This document shows, piece by piece, positions 16,597 through 25,346 of a DNA stretch of 32,000 nucleotides. The DNA is from Mycolicibacterium smegmatis. Its GTDB lineage: Bacteria > Actinomycetota > Actinomycetes > Mycobacteriales > Mycobacteriaceae. A model generated the notes under the pieces. That model saw only the letters and a list, made by a program, of their open reading frames with translations, did no database searches and was not told where the DNA came from. Position numbers and translations under genes: made by a program. Location of the stretch: assembly GCF_001457595.1 (NCBI RefSeq), contig NZ_LN831039.1, positions 1,470,001-1,502,000 of the forward strand, read 5' to 3'. Position 1 is the stretch's first letter. Each line of letters begins with the position of its first letter.

Positions 16597-18246
16597 CTAG
16601 GAGGCGACGAGTGACCGCAGCTTGATGTCCGGGTTGTCGCGCTGGAACCCTTCGAGCCGCCACGGCGTGGAGAACAACACGAGCATGACGCCGTCGCTGC
16701 GGGTCATCACCTCGGCCGACGGCTGGCGGTTCATGAAGTCGGCGTCTTCGGGATCGACGATCCGCGCGACCTGGTACGGCAGCGGTTCCAGCGAGATCGG
16801 CGCGCTGAGCTCGGTCGCCATGCGGTGCGAGGCCACCTCGAACTGCATGGGGCCGACCGCGGCGAACACCGGGGCCTGCTCGCCACGCTTGTCCGAGCGC
16901 AGCACCTGCACCACGCCCTCCTGCTCGAGCTGCTCGATGCCGCGGCGGAACTGCTTGTGCTTGCTGGGATCGGTGCCGCGGGCCACCGCGAAATGCTCGG
17001 GCGAGAAGCTGGGGATCGGCGGAAACTGCACGGGCACATCGCGATACAGCGTGTCGCCGGGGCGCAGCGCTTGGGCGTTGGCCAACCCGATCACGTCGCC
17101 GGGCCAGGCGTCGTCCAGCGTCGAGCGCTGCTGGCCGAACACCGACTGCGCGTACTTGGTGACGAACGGCTTACCGGTGGCGGCGTGGGTGAGCACGTCG
17201 CCGCGCTCGAACGTGCCCGACACGACGCGGGCGTAGGCGATGCGGTCGCGGTGCGCGGAGTCCATGCCGGCCTGCACCTTGAACACGAATGCGCTGAACG
17301 GCGCGTCGGGGACGCGGCGCTCGCCGTCGACGTCGACGGCGCCGTTGGGCGAGGGTGCGAGCTCGACGAGCACGTCGAGCAGCTGGTTCACGCCGAAGTT
17401 CAACGCGGCCGACGTGAACAGCGTCGGCGAGGCCGTCCCGGCGAGGAACGCGTCGCGGTCGTAGTCGCCGCCGTCGGCGCTCAGCAGCTCGGACTCCTCG
17501 ACCGCGGTGTCCCAGTCGTCGCCGGCGGCCGCATGCGCGGCGTCGGCGGGGATGTGCTCCTCGGGCGCGGCGGTCGCGCCGCCCGCGGTGCGGGTGAAGC
17601 GGATGAATTGCCCGCCCCGGCGGTCCAGCACACCCTTGAAGTCACCGGCGATACCAACGGGCCAAGTCAGGGGAGTGGGCTTCAAACCGATGCGCGTCTG
17701 GATCTCGTCGATCAGCTCAAGGGCGTGGCGGCCGGGGCGGTCCCACTTGTTGATGACCGTGATGATCGGGATGCCACGGTGCTTACACACCTGGAACAGC
17801 TTGAGGGTCTGCGGCTCAAGGCCTTTCGCGGCGTCGATGAGCATCACCGCGCAGTCGACGGCGGTGAGCACGCGGTAGGTGTCCTCGGAGAAGTCGGCGT
17901 GGCCGGGGGTGTCGAGGAGGTTGATCACCGAATCGCGGTACGGGAACTGCAGCACCGTCGAGGTGATCGAGATGCCTCTGGCCTTCTCCATCTCCATCCA
18001 GTCCGACACCGTGGAGCGCCGGCCCGCCTTGCCGTGGATCGCACCGGCCTCGGTGATGACCCGCGCATGCAGCGCCAGGGCCTCGGTCAGCGTCGACTTA
18101 CCGGCATCGGGGTGGCTGATGACGGCGAAGGTCCGGCGGCGCGTGGCTTCGGCGGCGATGCGGCGGGAAAGAGAGGTGTTGGCGGAGGGAGCAAGGGCGG
18201 GGGTGTCGGTCATGTCGTCATAAATGGTATGGGCGCGCGCGGGCAA
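16597..18246 (-). CDS. prfC: peptide chain release factor 3 (translational GTPase)
   Basis: RRTFAVISHPDAGKSTLTEALAL, SDWMEMEKARGISITS, LLDTPGHADFSEDTYR and NKWDR align with E. coli RF3 as I remember it. The track start at 18246 is a TTG; ATG 18213 (MTDTPAL..) is an alternative. Confidence 0.95.
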   Translation of the reverse strand: MPARAHTIYDDMTDTPALAPSANTSLSRRIAAEATRRRTFAVISHPDAGKSTLTEALALHARVITEAGAIHGKAGRRSTVSDWMEMEKARGISITSTVLQFPYRDSVINLLDTPGHADFSEDTYRVLTAVDCAVMLIDAAKGLEPQTLKLFQVCKHRGIPIITVINKWDRPGRHALELIDEIQTRIGLKPTPLTWPVGIAGDFKGVLDRRGGQFIRFTRTAGGATAAPEEHIPADAAHAAAGDDWDTAVEESELLSADGGDYDRDAFLAGTASPTLFTSAALNFGVNQLLDVLVELAPSPNGAVDVDGERRVPDAPFSAFVFKVQAGMDSAHRDRIAYARVVSGTFERGDVLTHAATGKPFVTKYAQSVFGQQRSTLDDAWPGDVIGLANAQALRPGDTLYRDVPVQFPPIPSFSPEHFAVARGTDPSKHKQFRRGIEQLEQEGVVQVLRSDKRGEQAPVFAAVGPMQFEVASHRMATELSAPISLEPLPYQVARIVDPEDADFMNRQPSAEVMTRSDGVMLVLFSTPWRLEGFQRDNPDIKLRSLVAS

Positions 18247-18288
18247 AACCGTAATCGAGCCGATCTCGAGCGACGGCGCCCACAGTCC

Positions 18289-18497
18289 TCAGGCGGTGAC
18301 CGCGGCCGCCATCGCGGCCAGTTTGTCGTCCAGGGCGGTGGCTGCGGCCTCCAGATCGGGGTTGGGTTCGACGACCATGAGCGACGACGGCTTGACGTAC
18401 GTCAGCGCACTACGCCCCTCGTCTTCGCTGGTCAGCAGCAGTTCTACGGGCGCGAACAGCCCGGCGGTGACGTCGTGGAAGGCTCTGGCCGGTCTAT
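18289..18497 (-). pseudogene. possible C-terminal remnant of a DUF302-like gene
   Basis: The minus frame reads ..ARAFHDVTAGLFAPVELLLTSEDEGRSALTYVKPSSLMVVEPNPDLEAAATALDDKLAAMAAAVTA*. An in-frame TGA lies just upstream, and no canonical start occurs before the internal Met. The resemblance to DUF302 C-termini is from memory only. Confidence 0.3.
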
Positions 18498-18499
18498 TC

Positions 18500-18523
18500 C
18501 TGAGTATGGCGAGCCATACTCAG
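18500..18523 (-). terminator. hairpin CTGAGTATGGC-GA-GCCATACTCAG downstream of gntR
   Basis: 11-nt perfect arms, 7 nt after the GntR stop (18530-18532). There is no U-tract, which is common in high-GC actinobacteria. Confidence 0.4.
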
Positions 18524-18529
18524 ATGAGT

Positions 18530-19219
18530 TCATCCCAGCTGTGAGCGCGCGGTGCCGGCGCCGAACAGGGTCTGCAACGTGGTCGTGCGATTGCGGTCGG
18601 CGTGGTCTTTCGCGAGCTTCTCGGCGGCGCGCGCGTCCCGATCGGCGATGGCATCAACCAGGCGATGGTGATCGTCGGAGACGGCGTGGGGGTCCGGGAT
18701 CTGCCGGACCAGCCACTGCACGCGGTACAGGATCGGCGCCATGATCTCGCCGAGCGTCCGGTTGTGCGATGCGGTCACCAGCAACTGATGAAACAGCGCG
18801 TTCGCGTCATGGGCGGCCGTGAAGTCATTGCGCTCCGCGGCGTGGTCGGCGGATTCGGCCGCACCACGAAGCGCCGCGATGTCCTCATCGGTCCGGTTCT
18901 CGGCGGCCTCGCGGCAGGCCATGGCTTCCAGGGCCTGCCGGATGTCGAAAAGTTCGGTGACGTCCCGCTCGGTCCAACCGCGGACCACCAGACCGCGCGT
19001 CTTGCGTACCTCGAGAAAGCCCTCGGTCTTCAGCGCCTGCAGGGCCTCGCGTGCGGGGAGTCGTGAAACCCCGTAAGCGTCAGCCACATCCCGCTCCACC
19101 AGCCGGTACCCGGGTGGGTACCGGCCGCGGATGACGTCGGAGCGCAGCGCGTCGATGAGCCGGCCGCGCAGCATCAGGTTGCTGGGCGAGCCTTCGTCGG
19201 CGGACGGCGTCGAGGACAT
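18530..19219 (-). CDS. GntR-family transcriptional regulator (FadR/FCD subfamily)
   Basis: 229-aa ORF. The N-terminal wHTH is RYPPGYRLVERDVADAYGVSRLPAREALQALKTEGFL. The C-terminus is an all-helical FCD-like domain. Confidence 0.9.
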   Translation of the reverse strand: MSSTPSADEGSPSNLMLRGRLIDALRSDVIRGRYPPGYRLVERDVADAYGVSRLPAREALQALKTEGFLEVRKTRGLVVRGWTERDVTELFDIRQALEAMACREAAENRTDEDIAALRGAAESADHAAERNDFTAAHDANALFHQLLVTASHNRTLGEIMAPILYRVQWLVRQIPDPHAVSDDHHRLVDAIADRDARAAEKLAKDHADRNRTTTLQTLFGAGTARSQLG

Positions 19220-19228
19220 GATGTCCTC
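19212..19228 (-). promoter_or_regulatory. 17-nt palindrome GAGGACAT(C)ATGTCCTC spanning the SD and start codon of gntR
   Basis: Perfect 8-nt arms. In the mRNA, GAGGAC could pair with GUCCUC (codons 2-3), with the A and U of the AUG lying in the 5-nt loop. Confidence 0.4.
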
Positions 19229-19270
19229 AGCTTAGCCATCGGCCGTCGCGCTTCGACGCTGATGTGAACC

Positions 19271-20182
19271 TCAGCGTCCCACGTACTCAGGGCGTGTCGG
19301 CTGATCCAGCGGATAACGCGACCGGAACTGCTCGGCGGCGTCGGCCATGGTGACGAATTCGACGCCGTCGAAGCCCGCCCACCGGTCCAGCAGGCGCTCG
19401 AGCATGAGCAGCACCTGGGGACGTCCCGAGACGTCCGGATGGAGCGTCATGGGGATGACGGCGTAGTCGAGTTCGCGGTACACCCAATCGAATTGGTCGT
19501 TCCACATCTGTTCGATGTCGCGGGGGTTCACGAAGCCGTGCGAGTTGGCGTGGCCCTTGATGAACATCATGGGCGGCAGGTCGTCGACGTACCAGTTGCC
19601 GCAGAACTCGACGAGGTCGATCTCGTGGCCGTGCTTGAGCGGCTTCATCCAGTGCTCGGCCGGTTTGGTGGTGTCGATCGGGGTCCACTCGTCACCGACA
19701 CGCGCGTAGAACGGGACGAAGTCGTTGTAGTTCTGGGAGTGGTCGTAGGAGAAGTCGTACTCCTTGAGGATCGACGCGGTGTGTTCGCTCATCTCCCACC
19801 ACGGCGCGACATAGCCTTTCGGGCGTGCGCCGGTGAGTTGTTCGACGAGTTCGACGCTCTTGGCCATCACGGCGCGTTCCTGCTCCTGGGACAGCGAACG
19901 CGGGTTCTCGTGGCTGTATCCGTGGGCGCCGATCTCGTGTCCGGCGTCGACGCACATCTTGGCCTGCCTGGGAAAGGTCTCGATCGAGTGGCCGGGCCAG
20001 AACCACGTCGACACGATGCCGCGACGCTCGAGCAGTTTCAGCATGCGCGGCACACCCACCTCGCCGGCGAACACGCCGCGTTGCATGTCGTTCGGCGAAT
20101 CCTGACCGCCGTACGACCCCAGCCAGCCTGCGCACGAGTCGACGTCGATCCCGACACAAACCTGAATCTTCTTGTCCGTCAT
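19271..20182 (-). CDS. polysaccharide-deacetylase (CE4/NodB) fold hydrolase, probably a small-molecule amidohydrolase
   Basis: The 303-aa product starts [16 protein letters not shown]... A His-His metal motif [14 protein letters not shown] is present. ATG 20182 is preceded by GAGGAA. The track ORF extension to 20347 overlaps the upstream gene and was discarded. Confidence 0.85.
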   Translation of the reverse strand: MTDKKIQVCVGIDVDSCAGWLGSYGGQDSPNDMQRGVFAGEVGVPRMLKLLERRGIVSTWFWPGHSIETFPRQAKMCVDAGHEIGAHGYSHENPRSLSQEQERAVMAKSVELVEQLTGARPKGYVAPWWEMSEHTASILKEYDFSYDHSQNYNDFVPFYARVGDEWTPIDTTKPAEHWMKPLKHGHEIDLVEFCGNWYVDDLPPMMFIKGHANSHGFVNPRDIEQMWNDQFDWVYRELDYAVIPMTLHPDVSGRPQVLLMLERLLDRWAGFDGVEFVTMADAAEQFRSRYPLDQPTRPEYVGR

Positions 20183-20195
20183 TCGATGTGATTCC

Positions 20196-21350
20196 TCACT
20201 TGTTGTTGAGCAATGCGTGCAGCTTCTCCTGGGCGTCGGCCATCGCCGCGAGATCGTCACCCGTCCACGCTCGTTCGCCGATGCTGTGCGCGGAGAGCCA
20301 GGCCGCCATCTCGTCACCGCGCTCGACGGGGCCGAGCACCTGCGCACTCACGCCGTACACCTCGCGAAGTGCCTGCGGGGGATATGGGGCCTCGGTGAAC
20401 GCTGGTTGGACCAGTACCTTGCGGTGTTGCTCCAACCAGCTGACGGTCTCCAGCTTGCGCTGATCCAGCGACGGGTCGTGCTGTATGGAACGTACACCGG
20501 GAGCGCAGGATTCGGCCGCGCACAGATCGACATGCAGGCCCAGATCCGCGTCGTCGATCCGCGCCGTCGTCCGGTCGCAGCCGGTGCGCACCCGCAGTTC
20601 GGTGACGATCTCCTTGACCCGGTGCCGCAGCGGTCCCTGCTCCAGCAGCAACCCGGCTGCGGGGATGCGCGCATCAGATCCGGTGAGCTCCAGCGCCCAC
20701 CACAGCGTGGCGGCGATGCTGTCGATCACCGGGATGCCAAGGCTCTGCTCCACCTCCCGCAGCACCGTGGTGCCGTCGACGTTCGTGCAGATGAGCGCGA
20801 CGCCATGCGGCGCGGGATCCCCGTTCTTCGCCGCCGCCGTCAGCAGTTCGGCCACCTCAGCGGAACTCGCCTTCGCGAACGAGAGGTTGTCGGTGAGTTC
20901 CCATTCCGCGTGCGAGACGATGCCGACGTCATGACGTGCGTACTCCCGCGAGATCGCGTCGACGACGTCACAGGTGTAGGGCGTCGCGCAGGCAAGTGCG
21001 GAGATCCCGAAGTCGACGCACGCCTGCAGAATCGCCAGTGTCGACGTCGTCGCCGGAATTCCGGTCGCCTCGGTGATCGCGTCACAACACCGGCGGTCGT
21101 GCTCAAGCCCCAACCATGAACCCGCAGTCCCGTTCCACACGATGCAGTCCACCTCGGCGTCGGCCAGCAGCCGCGCAGCAGCCACCATGGTGTCGGCGTC
21201 GAACGCCGCACCGCCGCCGTCAAGGGTGATGGCCCGCACGGGAATCCGCGTGTAGTGGACGGTGACGTCGGGGCGGTCGGTGAGCAGCCGGGTGGTGGCC
21301 GGTTCGAGCGCGGTGTTCGAGGACGGGACGATCATGCCGATGCGGGTCAT
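20196..21350 (-). CDS. fusion protein: arylmalonate-decarboxylase/maleate-isomerase-like (Asp/Glu racemase superfamily) N-domain plus GAF-like C-domain
   Basis: 384 aa from ATG 21350, with an ATGA overlap on the MFS stop. The N-domain is [16 protein letters not shown].., with [10 protein letters not shown] at residues 70-79 and ALICTNVDG containing Cys188. The C-domain (about residues 245-384) is [24 protein letters not shown]...[38 protein letters not shown], which looks GAF-like. Confidence 0.85.
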   Translation of the reverse strand: MTRIGMIVPSSNTALEPATTRLLTDRPDVTVHYTRIPVRAITLDGGGAAFDADTMVAAARLLADAEVDCIVWNGTAGSWLGLEHDRRCCDAITEATGIPATTSTLAILQACVDFGISALACATPYTCDVVDAISREYARHDVGIVSHAEWELTDNLSFAKASSAEVAELLTAAAKNGDPAPHGVALICTNVDGTTVLREVEQSLGIPVIDSIAATLWWALELTGSDARIPAAGLLLEQGPLRHRVKEIVTELRVRTGCDRTTARIDDADLGLHVDLCAAESCAPGVRSIQHDPSLDQRKLETVSWLEQHRKVLVQPAFTEAPYPPQALREVYGVSAQVLGPVERGDEMAAWLSAHSIGERAWTGDDLAAMADAQEKLHALLNNK

Positions 21351-22648
21351 ACCGACGCTCCCTTCGTGGTGGACAGCGGTGCGGCCTTGGGTGCCAACCG
21401 CTTCGAGTAGTCGAGGATGAGAACGGCCGCGGTCATGATCACGCCGGCGCCCACGAAGTACAGCAAGGCCCAGGTGTAGGCGCCGGTGGCGCCGACGATG
21501 AACCCGACGGCCATCGGGGTGACAAACCCGGAAATGTTGCCTGCCAGGTTCATCGCGCCACCCAGCACGCCGGCGTCCTCCCGGCCACCGAGGATCGACG
21601 GCACCGACCAGAACAATCCGACCCAGCGCAGGAAGAACAGCACGGTGGACAGCAGCAGCACCGCCGCCAGCGGGCTGGGCATGAGCACGACGCCGACCAG
21701 TCCCGCGACCACGCACATTCCGGCGAAGCCGAGCAGTGAGCGCATGACGCGGTTGGTGCCGTAACCCTTCTCTTTGAGCCGGTCCGCGAGTTGCCCGCCG
21801 ATGATCTCGCCGACGAACCCGGACCCGAAGATCGCGAACGTCGACCAGCCGATGGCCTCGAGCTCGAAACCCTTGCTCTCGGAGAGGAAGAGCGGGCCCC
21901 ACGTCAGCAGGCCGTAGAAGACGCCGTTGAAGCCCAGCCAGCCGGCGCACATCGCCCAGAAGCTGCGGTACTTCATGTAGTAGACGAGGCCCGCGCGCTC
22001 ACCGGTGGACTGGTGGCGTGCGTTTTCTTCGCGGTGCGCCGAGACCAGGTATTCGCGTTCGGCCTCGTCGACTTTCGGGTGCTCCTCGGGGGTGTCGCGG
22101 ATGGCTCGCCACGCCCAGATGCCCAGGAGCACGGTGACCGCGCCGGCGATGATGAACGCCCACCGCCAACTGCCGGTGGCACCGATCAGTGCGGCGATCG
22201 CGATACCTCCCACTGCGGAGCCCAGGGGCGCGCCGGCGTCGAGAATCGTCGCGCCCCGTCCGCGTTCCTTCTCGGTGAGGAACACCGCGTTGAGCTTGCC
22301 GCCCGCGGGCATGATCGGTGCTTCGGTCACACCGATCAGGCCGCGCGCGACGGCCATGGTCCCGATGTTCGGTGCCATGCCGGAAAGTGCGGTCGCGGTG
22401 CCCCACCCCGTGCAGGCCGCGGTGATGAGCTTGCGCGGACCGAACCGGTCGATGAGCCACCCGGCCGGGATCTGCATGGCCGCGTAGGCCCAGAAGAAGG
22501 CCGAGAGCAGCAGGCCCGTGACCTCGGCGCTGATGTGGAAATCCTCTTTGATCGCGGGCAGCGCCACCGAGAGTGAACCGCGATCGACGTAGTTGACCGT
22601 CACCAACAGGAGCAGCAAGGCGAACATCCGCCAACGGGTGTTGGACAT
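21347..22648 (-). CDS. MFS transporter, anion:cation symporter (ACS)-like
   Basis: NYVDRGSLSVALP and motif A WLIDRFGPRKLI are present, with 12 hydrophobic segments. ATG 22648 is preceded by GAAGGGGA and is preferred over the TTG at 22687. Confidence 0.9.
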   Translation of the reverse strand: MSNTRWRMFALLLLLVTVNYVDRGSLSVALPAIKEDFHISAEVTGLLLSAFFWAYAAMQIPAGWLIDRFGPRKLITAACTGWGTATALSGMAPNIGTMAVARGLIGVTEAPIMPAGGKLNAVFLTEKERGRGATILDAGAPLGSAVGGIAIAALIGATGSWRWAFIIAGAVTVLLGIWAWRAIRDTPEEHPKVDEAEREYLVSAHREENARHQSTGERAGLVYYMKYRSFWAMCAGWLGFNGVFYGLLTWGPLFLSESKGFELEAIGWSTFAIFGSGFVGEIIGGQLADRLKEKGYGTNRVMRSLLGFAGMCVVAGLVGVVLMPSPLAAVLLLSTVLFFLRWVGLFWSVPSILGGREDAGVLGGAMNLAGNISGFVTPMAVGFIVGATGAYTWALLYFVGAGVIMTAAVLILDYSKRLAPKAAPLSTTKGASV

Positions 22649-22662
22649 CCCATCCCCTTCAT

Positions 22663-22687
22663 TTGGTATACCGAGTTGGTATGCCAA
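22663..22687. promoter_or_regulatory. tandem palindromic boxes TTGGTATACC-GAG-TTGGTATGCCAA (candidate GntR operator)
   Basis: The two units are 13 bp apart in the 122-bp divergent region between the MFS and FAH genes. GGTATACC is self-complementary. The 27-nt span TTTGGTATACCGAGTTGGTATGCCAAA matches its own reverse complement at 22 of 27 positions. Confidence 0.5.
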
Positions 22688-22770
22688 ACAACCTAGGGCT
22701 CGCGTAGGTCGCCTTCAACCCTTGCGCGTAACCACTACGTAAACGATCCGACGGACACCCGGGAGAGCGC

Positions 22771-23409
22771 GTGAACCGAGCACCTGACGTGGGGACGATC
22801 TGGGGGACCGGTCGCAATTTCCCGGTCGCTGACGGTGGACCGCCGGACGTCCCGCAACTCTTCGTGAAGAACACCCACTCCGTCATCGGGCCGGGCGAAC
22901 CGCTACAGCTGACGGGCAGCGTGGCCACGCGCGTCGTCGCCGAAGGTGAGCTGGCGATCGTCATCGGCGACCAGTGCCGCGATCTCGTCACTGCTGAACA
23001 GGCCCGCGCCGTCATCGCCGGGTACTGCGTGGCCAACGATGTCACTGCCCGCGACCTTCAAGAGGTGGACGACCACTGGTCGCGAGGTAAGGGTCTCGAC
23101 GGTTTCTGTCCGCTCGGCGTCGAGATGGTGGCCCCGCGCGACATGCCGACGTGGAAGGACGTCATGATCAGGACCTGGGTCGACGACGAACTGGTCCAGG
23201 ACGAATCGGTGGCTGCGGCATACGTGGGGCCCGAGGAGCTCGTCTGCTGGGCCTCGCAACAGTTCACCCTCCACCCCGGAGACATCTTCTTGCTGGGGAC
23301 GCCGGCCTACCGCCCGGCCGGTGACGAGAGCCGCGCCGTACTGAAACCGGGCCATACGGCCAGGGTGGAGATCACCGGAATCGGCGAACTGATCACACCG
23401 GTGATCTGA
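22771..23409 (+). CDS. fumarylacetoacetate hydrolase (FAH) family protein
   Basis: 212-aa ORF. EGELAIVIG.., GYCVANDVTARD and SRGKGLDGFCPLG match the FAH-family metal/substrate motifs. Confidence 0.88.
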   Translation: MNRAPDVGTIWGTGRNFPVADGGPPDVPQLFVKNTHSVIGPGEPLQLTGSVATRVVAEGELAIVIGDQCRDLVTAEQARAVIAGYCVANDVTARDLQEVDDHWSRGKGLDGFCPLGVEMVAPRDMPTWKDVMIRTWVDDELVQDESVAAAYVGPEELVCWASQQFTLHPGDIFLLGTPAYRPAGDESRAVLKPGHTARVEITGIGELITPVI

Positions 23410-23582
23410 GGCTTTGTCTCGTATCGACATCCTCGGATCTACCTGTCGCAACGGCGGGGTCAAGACTCGCACACACCACCGAGCCCTCGCGGCGAAGTTG
23501 CGGGCGTGCGGCTACGATTGAGCCACTGATCGGTTCCCGGTCAGCAACCCCATCAAACTGGCTTTCGCCGAAGCACATTGGA

Positions 23583-24845
23583 GTGATGTTGTCGTCTGTT
23601 CGTCGTGCCTGCCTCGCGGCCGTTCTTGCCGTGCTGGCGGTGTTGGGTGGCGTCGTCGTCACGGCCCTGCCGGACTGTGTGCACGAGCACTGCCAGACGA
23701 TGGCCGCCGCGCCGCAGGGAGTTCCGCAGCCCTCGCCGACCGAGCCGGCCAAGCTGACGATCACCCCGAAGAACAACGCCGAGGACGTCGAACCGCTCGC
23801 CCCGGTCGCGGTGACCGCTGTCACCGGAACCGTCACGAGCGTGCGCATGCTCAACGACGCGGGCAAGGAGATCGCGGGTGCGCTGAGCCCCGACGGCAAA
23901 GTGTGGAAGCCGGCCACCGCGCTCGGCTACGGCCGCACCTACACCATGAACGTCGTCGCCCGCGGGCCCGGCGGCATGCCGACGCGGGCCAGTTCGACGT
24001 TCACCACGGTGACGCCCACCTATCAGGCCAACGTCTACCTCAACGGCACCTCGGGGGCGCCGCTGAAGGACGGTGAGACCTACGGCGTCGGCATGGTGAT
24101 CGTCGCACGCTTCGACCAGGCCATCACCGACAAGGCCAGCGCCGAACGCCGCATGAAGGTGACCACATCGCCCAAGGCCGTCGGCTCGTGGAACTGGATC
24201 GACGACCAGACCGCCCACTGGCGTCCGCGGGAGTACTACGCGCCGGGCACCAAGGTGACCGTCGACGCCGACATCTACGGCGCACGGCTCGGCGAGGACC
24301 TCTACGGCGCGCAGGACGAGAAGGTGTCGTTCGTGATCGGCGACTCGCACGTCTCGATCGCCGACGACAACACCAAACAGGTGAGCGTCTACGAGAACGG
24401 CAAGCTCGTGCGCACCATGCCGACCTCGATGGGCATGGGTGGCACCGAGACCGTCAACGGCGTGACGCTCAGCTTCTGGACCCCGCGCGGCATCTACACC
24501 GTGATGGACAAGGCCAACCCGGTCGTCATGGACTCCTCGACGTACGGTCTGCCGGTCGGATCTCGACTGGGCTACCGGACCACGATCCCCTACGCCACAC
24601 GCATCAGCGTCGACGGCATCTACCTGCACCAGCTCAACGACACCATCTGGGCGCAGGGCAACACCAATGTGAGCCACGGCTGCCTCAACCTCAGCGGCGA
24701 GAACGCGCAGTGGTTCTACAACTTCTCCCGGCCGGGCGACATCGTCGAGATCCGCAACACCGGCGGCGAGCCGCTCAAGCCCGACAACAACGGCGACTGG
24801 ACCATCCCGTGGGAGCAGTGGCGTAAGGGCAGCGCGCTCAACTGA
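23583..24845 (+). CDS. ldtB: L,D-transpeptidase (LdtMt2/LdtB-like: N-terminal anchor, Ig-like domains, YkuD domain)
   Basis: 420-aa ORF. The YkuD catalytic region is IYLHQLNDTIWAQGNTNVSHGCLNLSGENAQWFYNFSRPGDIVEI. The start could be GTG 23583 or ATG 23586. Confidence 0.88.
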   Translation: MMLSSVRRACLAAVLAVLAVLGGVVVTALPDCVHEHCQTMAAAPQGVPQPSPTEPAKLTITPKNNAEDVEPLAPVAVTAVTGTVTSVRMLNDAGKEIAGALSPDGKVWKPATALGYGRTYTMNVVARGPGGMPTRASSTFTTVTPTYQANVYLNGTSGAPLKDGETYGVGMVIVARFDQAITDKASAERRMKVTTSPKAVGSWNWIDDQTAHWRPREYYAPGTKVTVDADIYGARLGEDLYGAQDEKVSFVIGDSHVSIADDNTKQVSVYENGKLVRTMPTSMGMGGTETVNGVTLSFWTPRGIYTVMDKANPVVMDSSTYGLPVGSRLGYRTTIPYATRISVDGIYLHQLNDTIWAQGNTNVSHGCLNLSGENAQWFYNFSRPGDIVEIRNTGGEPLKPDNNGDWTIPWEQWRKGSALN

Positions 24846-25031
24846 GTTCCCCCCGGCCCACATATGTCTGGACGGGGCCCTGTCGTCGAGATGGACATGA
24901 GGGTTGTTGATTCTCCGGGTGTGTGCCGTGAGCACAGCCGTGGGGTCGGTCTCGGTGACAGGGCGCTGCACGGCTATATGCATGGGTGAACGCGTGATCG
25001 CCCCTACGCTGTAGGCACTCGAAGGGGTGAG

Positions 25032-25346
25032 ATGCCGACACGACACAGATGGGGCTCGGTGGCCGGGCGCAGCGTGGCGGGGATCGTCGGCGTCGCCTCA
25101 GGCCTCATCTGGCTGTTGATCGTCTTCGTGATCCTCAAGTCGGCGTTCCCGAGCAGCGCGAGCGCCGACCCGCACGGCTACGGCCGCATCTTCGGCGTCC
25201 TGATGTACGTGCCGTTCGGCGTGTTGTGGGTGCTGACGCTGCCCCGTGCGCTCGCGCCGCGATCGCGTCGACGGGGTTTCTCCGTGGCGGTGCTGGTGCT
25301 CGCGGTGACCACGGTGCTGTTGGTCATCGCGCTGGCGTTGTCGTGA
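25032..25346 (+). CDS. hypothetical small membrane protein (104 aa)
   Basis: High GC3. RBS is GAAGGGG before the ATG. There are three hydrophobic segments. No family recognised. Confidence 0.6.
   Translation: MPTRHRWGSVAGRSVAGIVGVASGLIWLLIVFVILKSAFPSSASADPHGYGRIFGVLMYVPFGVLWVLTLPRALAPRSRRRGFSVAVLVLAVTTVLLVIALALS

Noticed and set aside
16825-18744. 639-aa plus-strand ORF
   Set aside because: It is antisense to prfC, which is unambiguous, and runs through the gap into gntR. The sequence is low-complexity and Arg/Gly-rich.
24846-25031. Short inverted repeats downstream of the transpeptidase gene (GGCCC..GGGCC, TGTGC..GCACA)
   Set aside because: The stems are only 5 bp, with long loops or no U-tract. 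That is too weak to call a terminator or structured RNA.
23553-25046. 497-aa minus-strand ORF
   Set aside because: It is antisense to the L,D-transpeptidase gene, which carries the SHGC catalytic motif. It is a shadow ORF.
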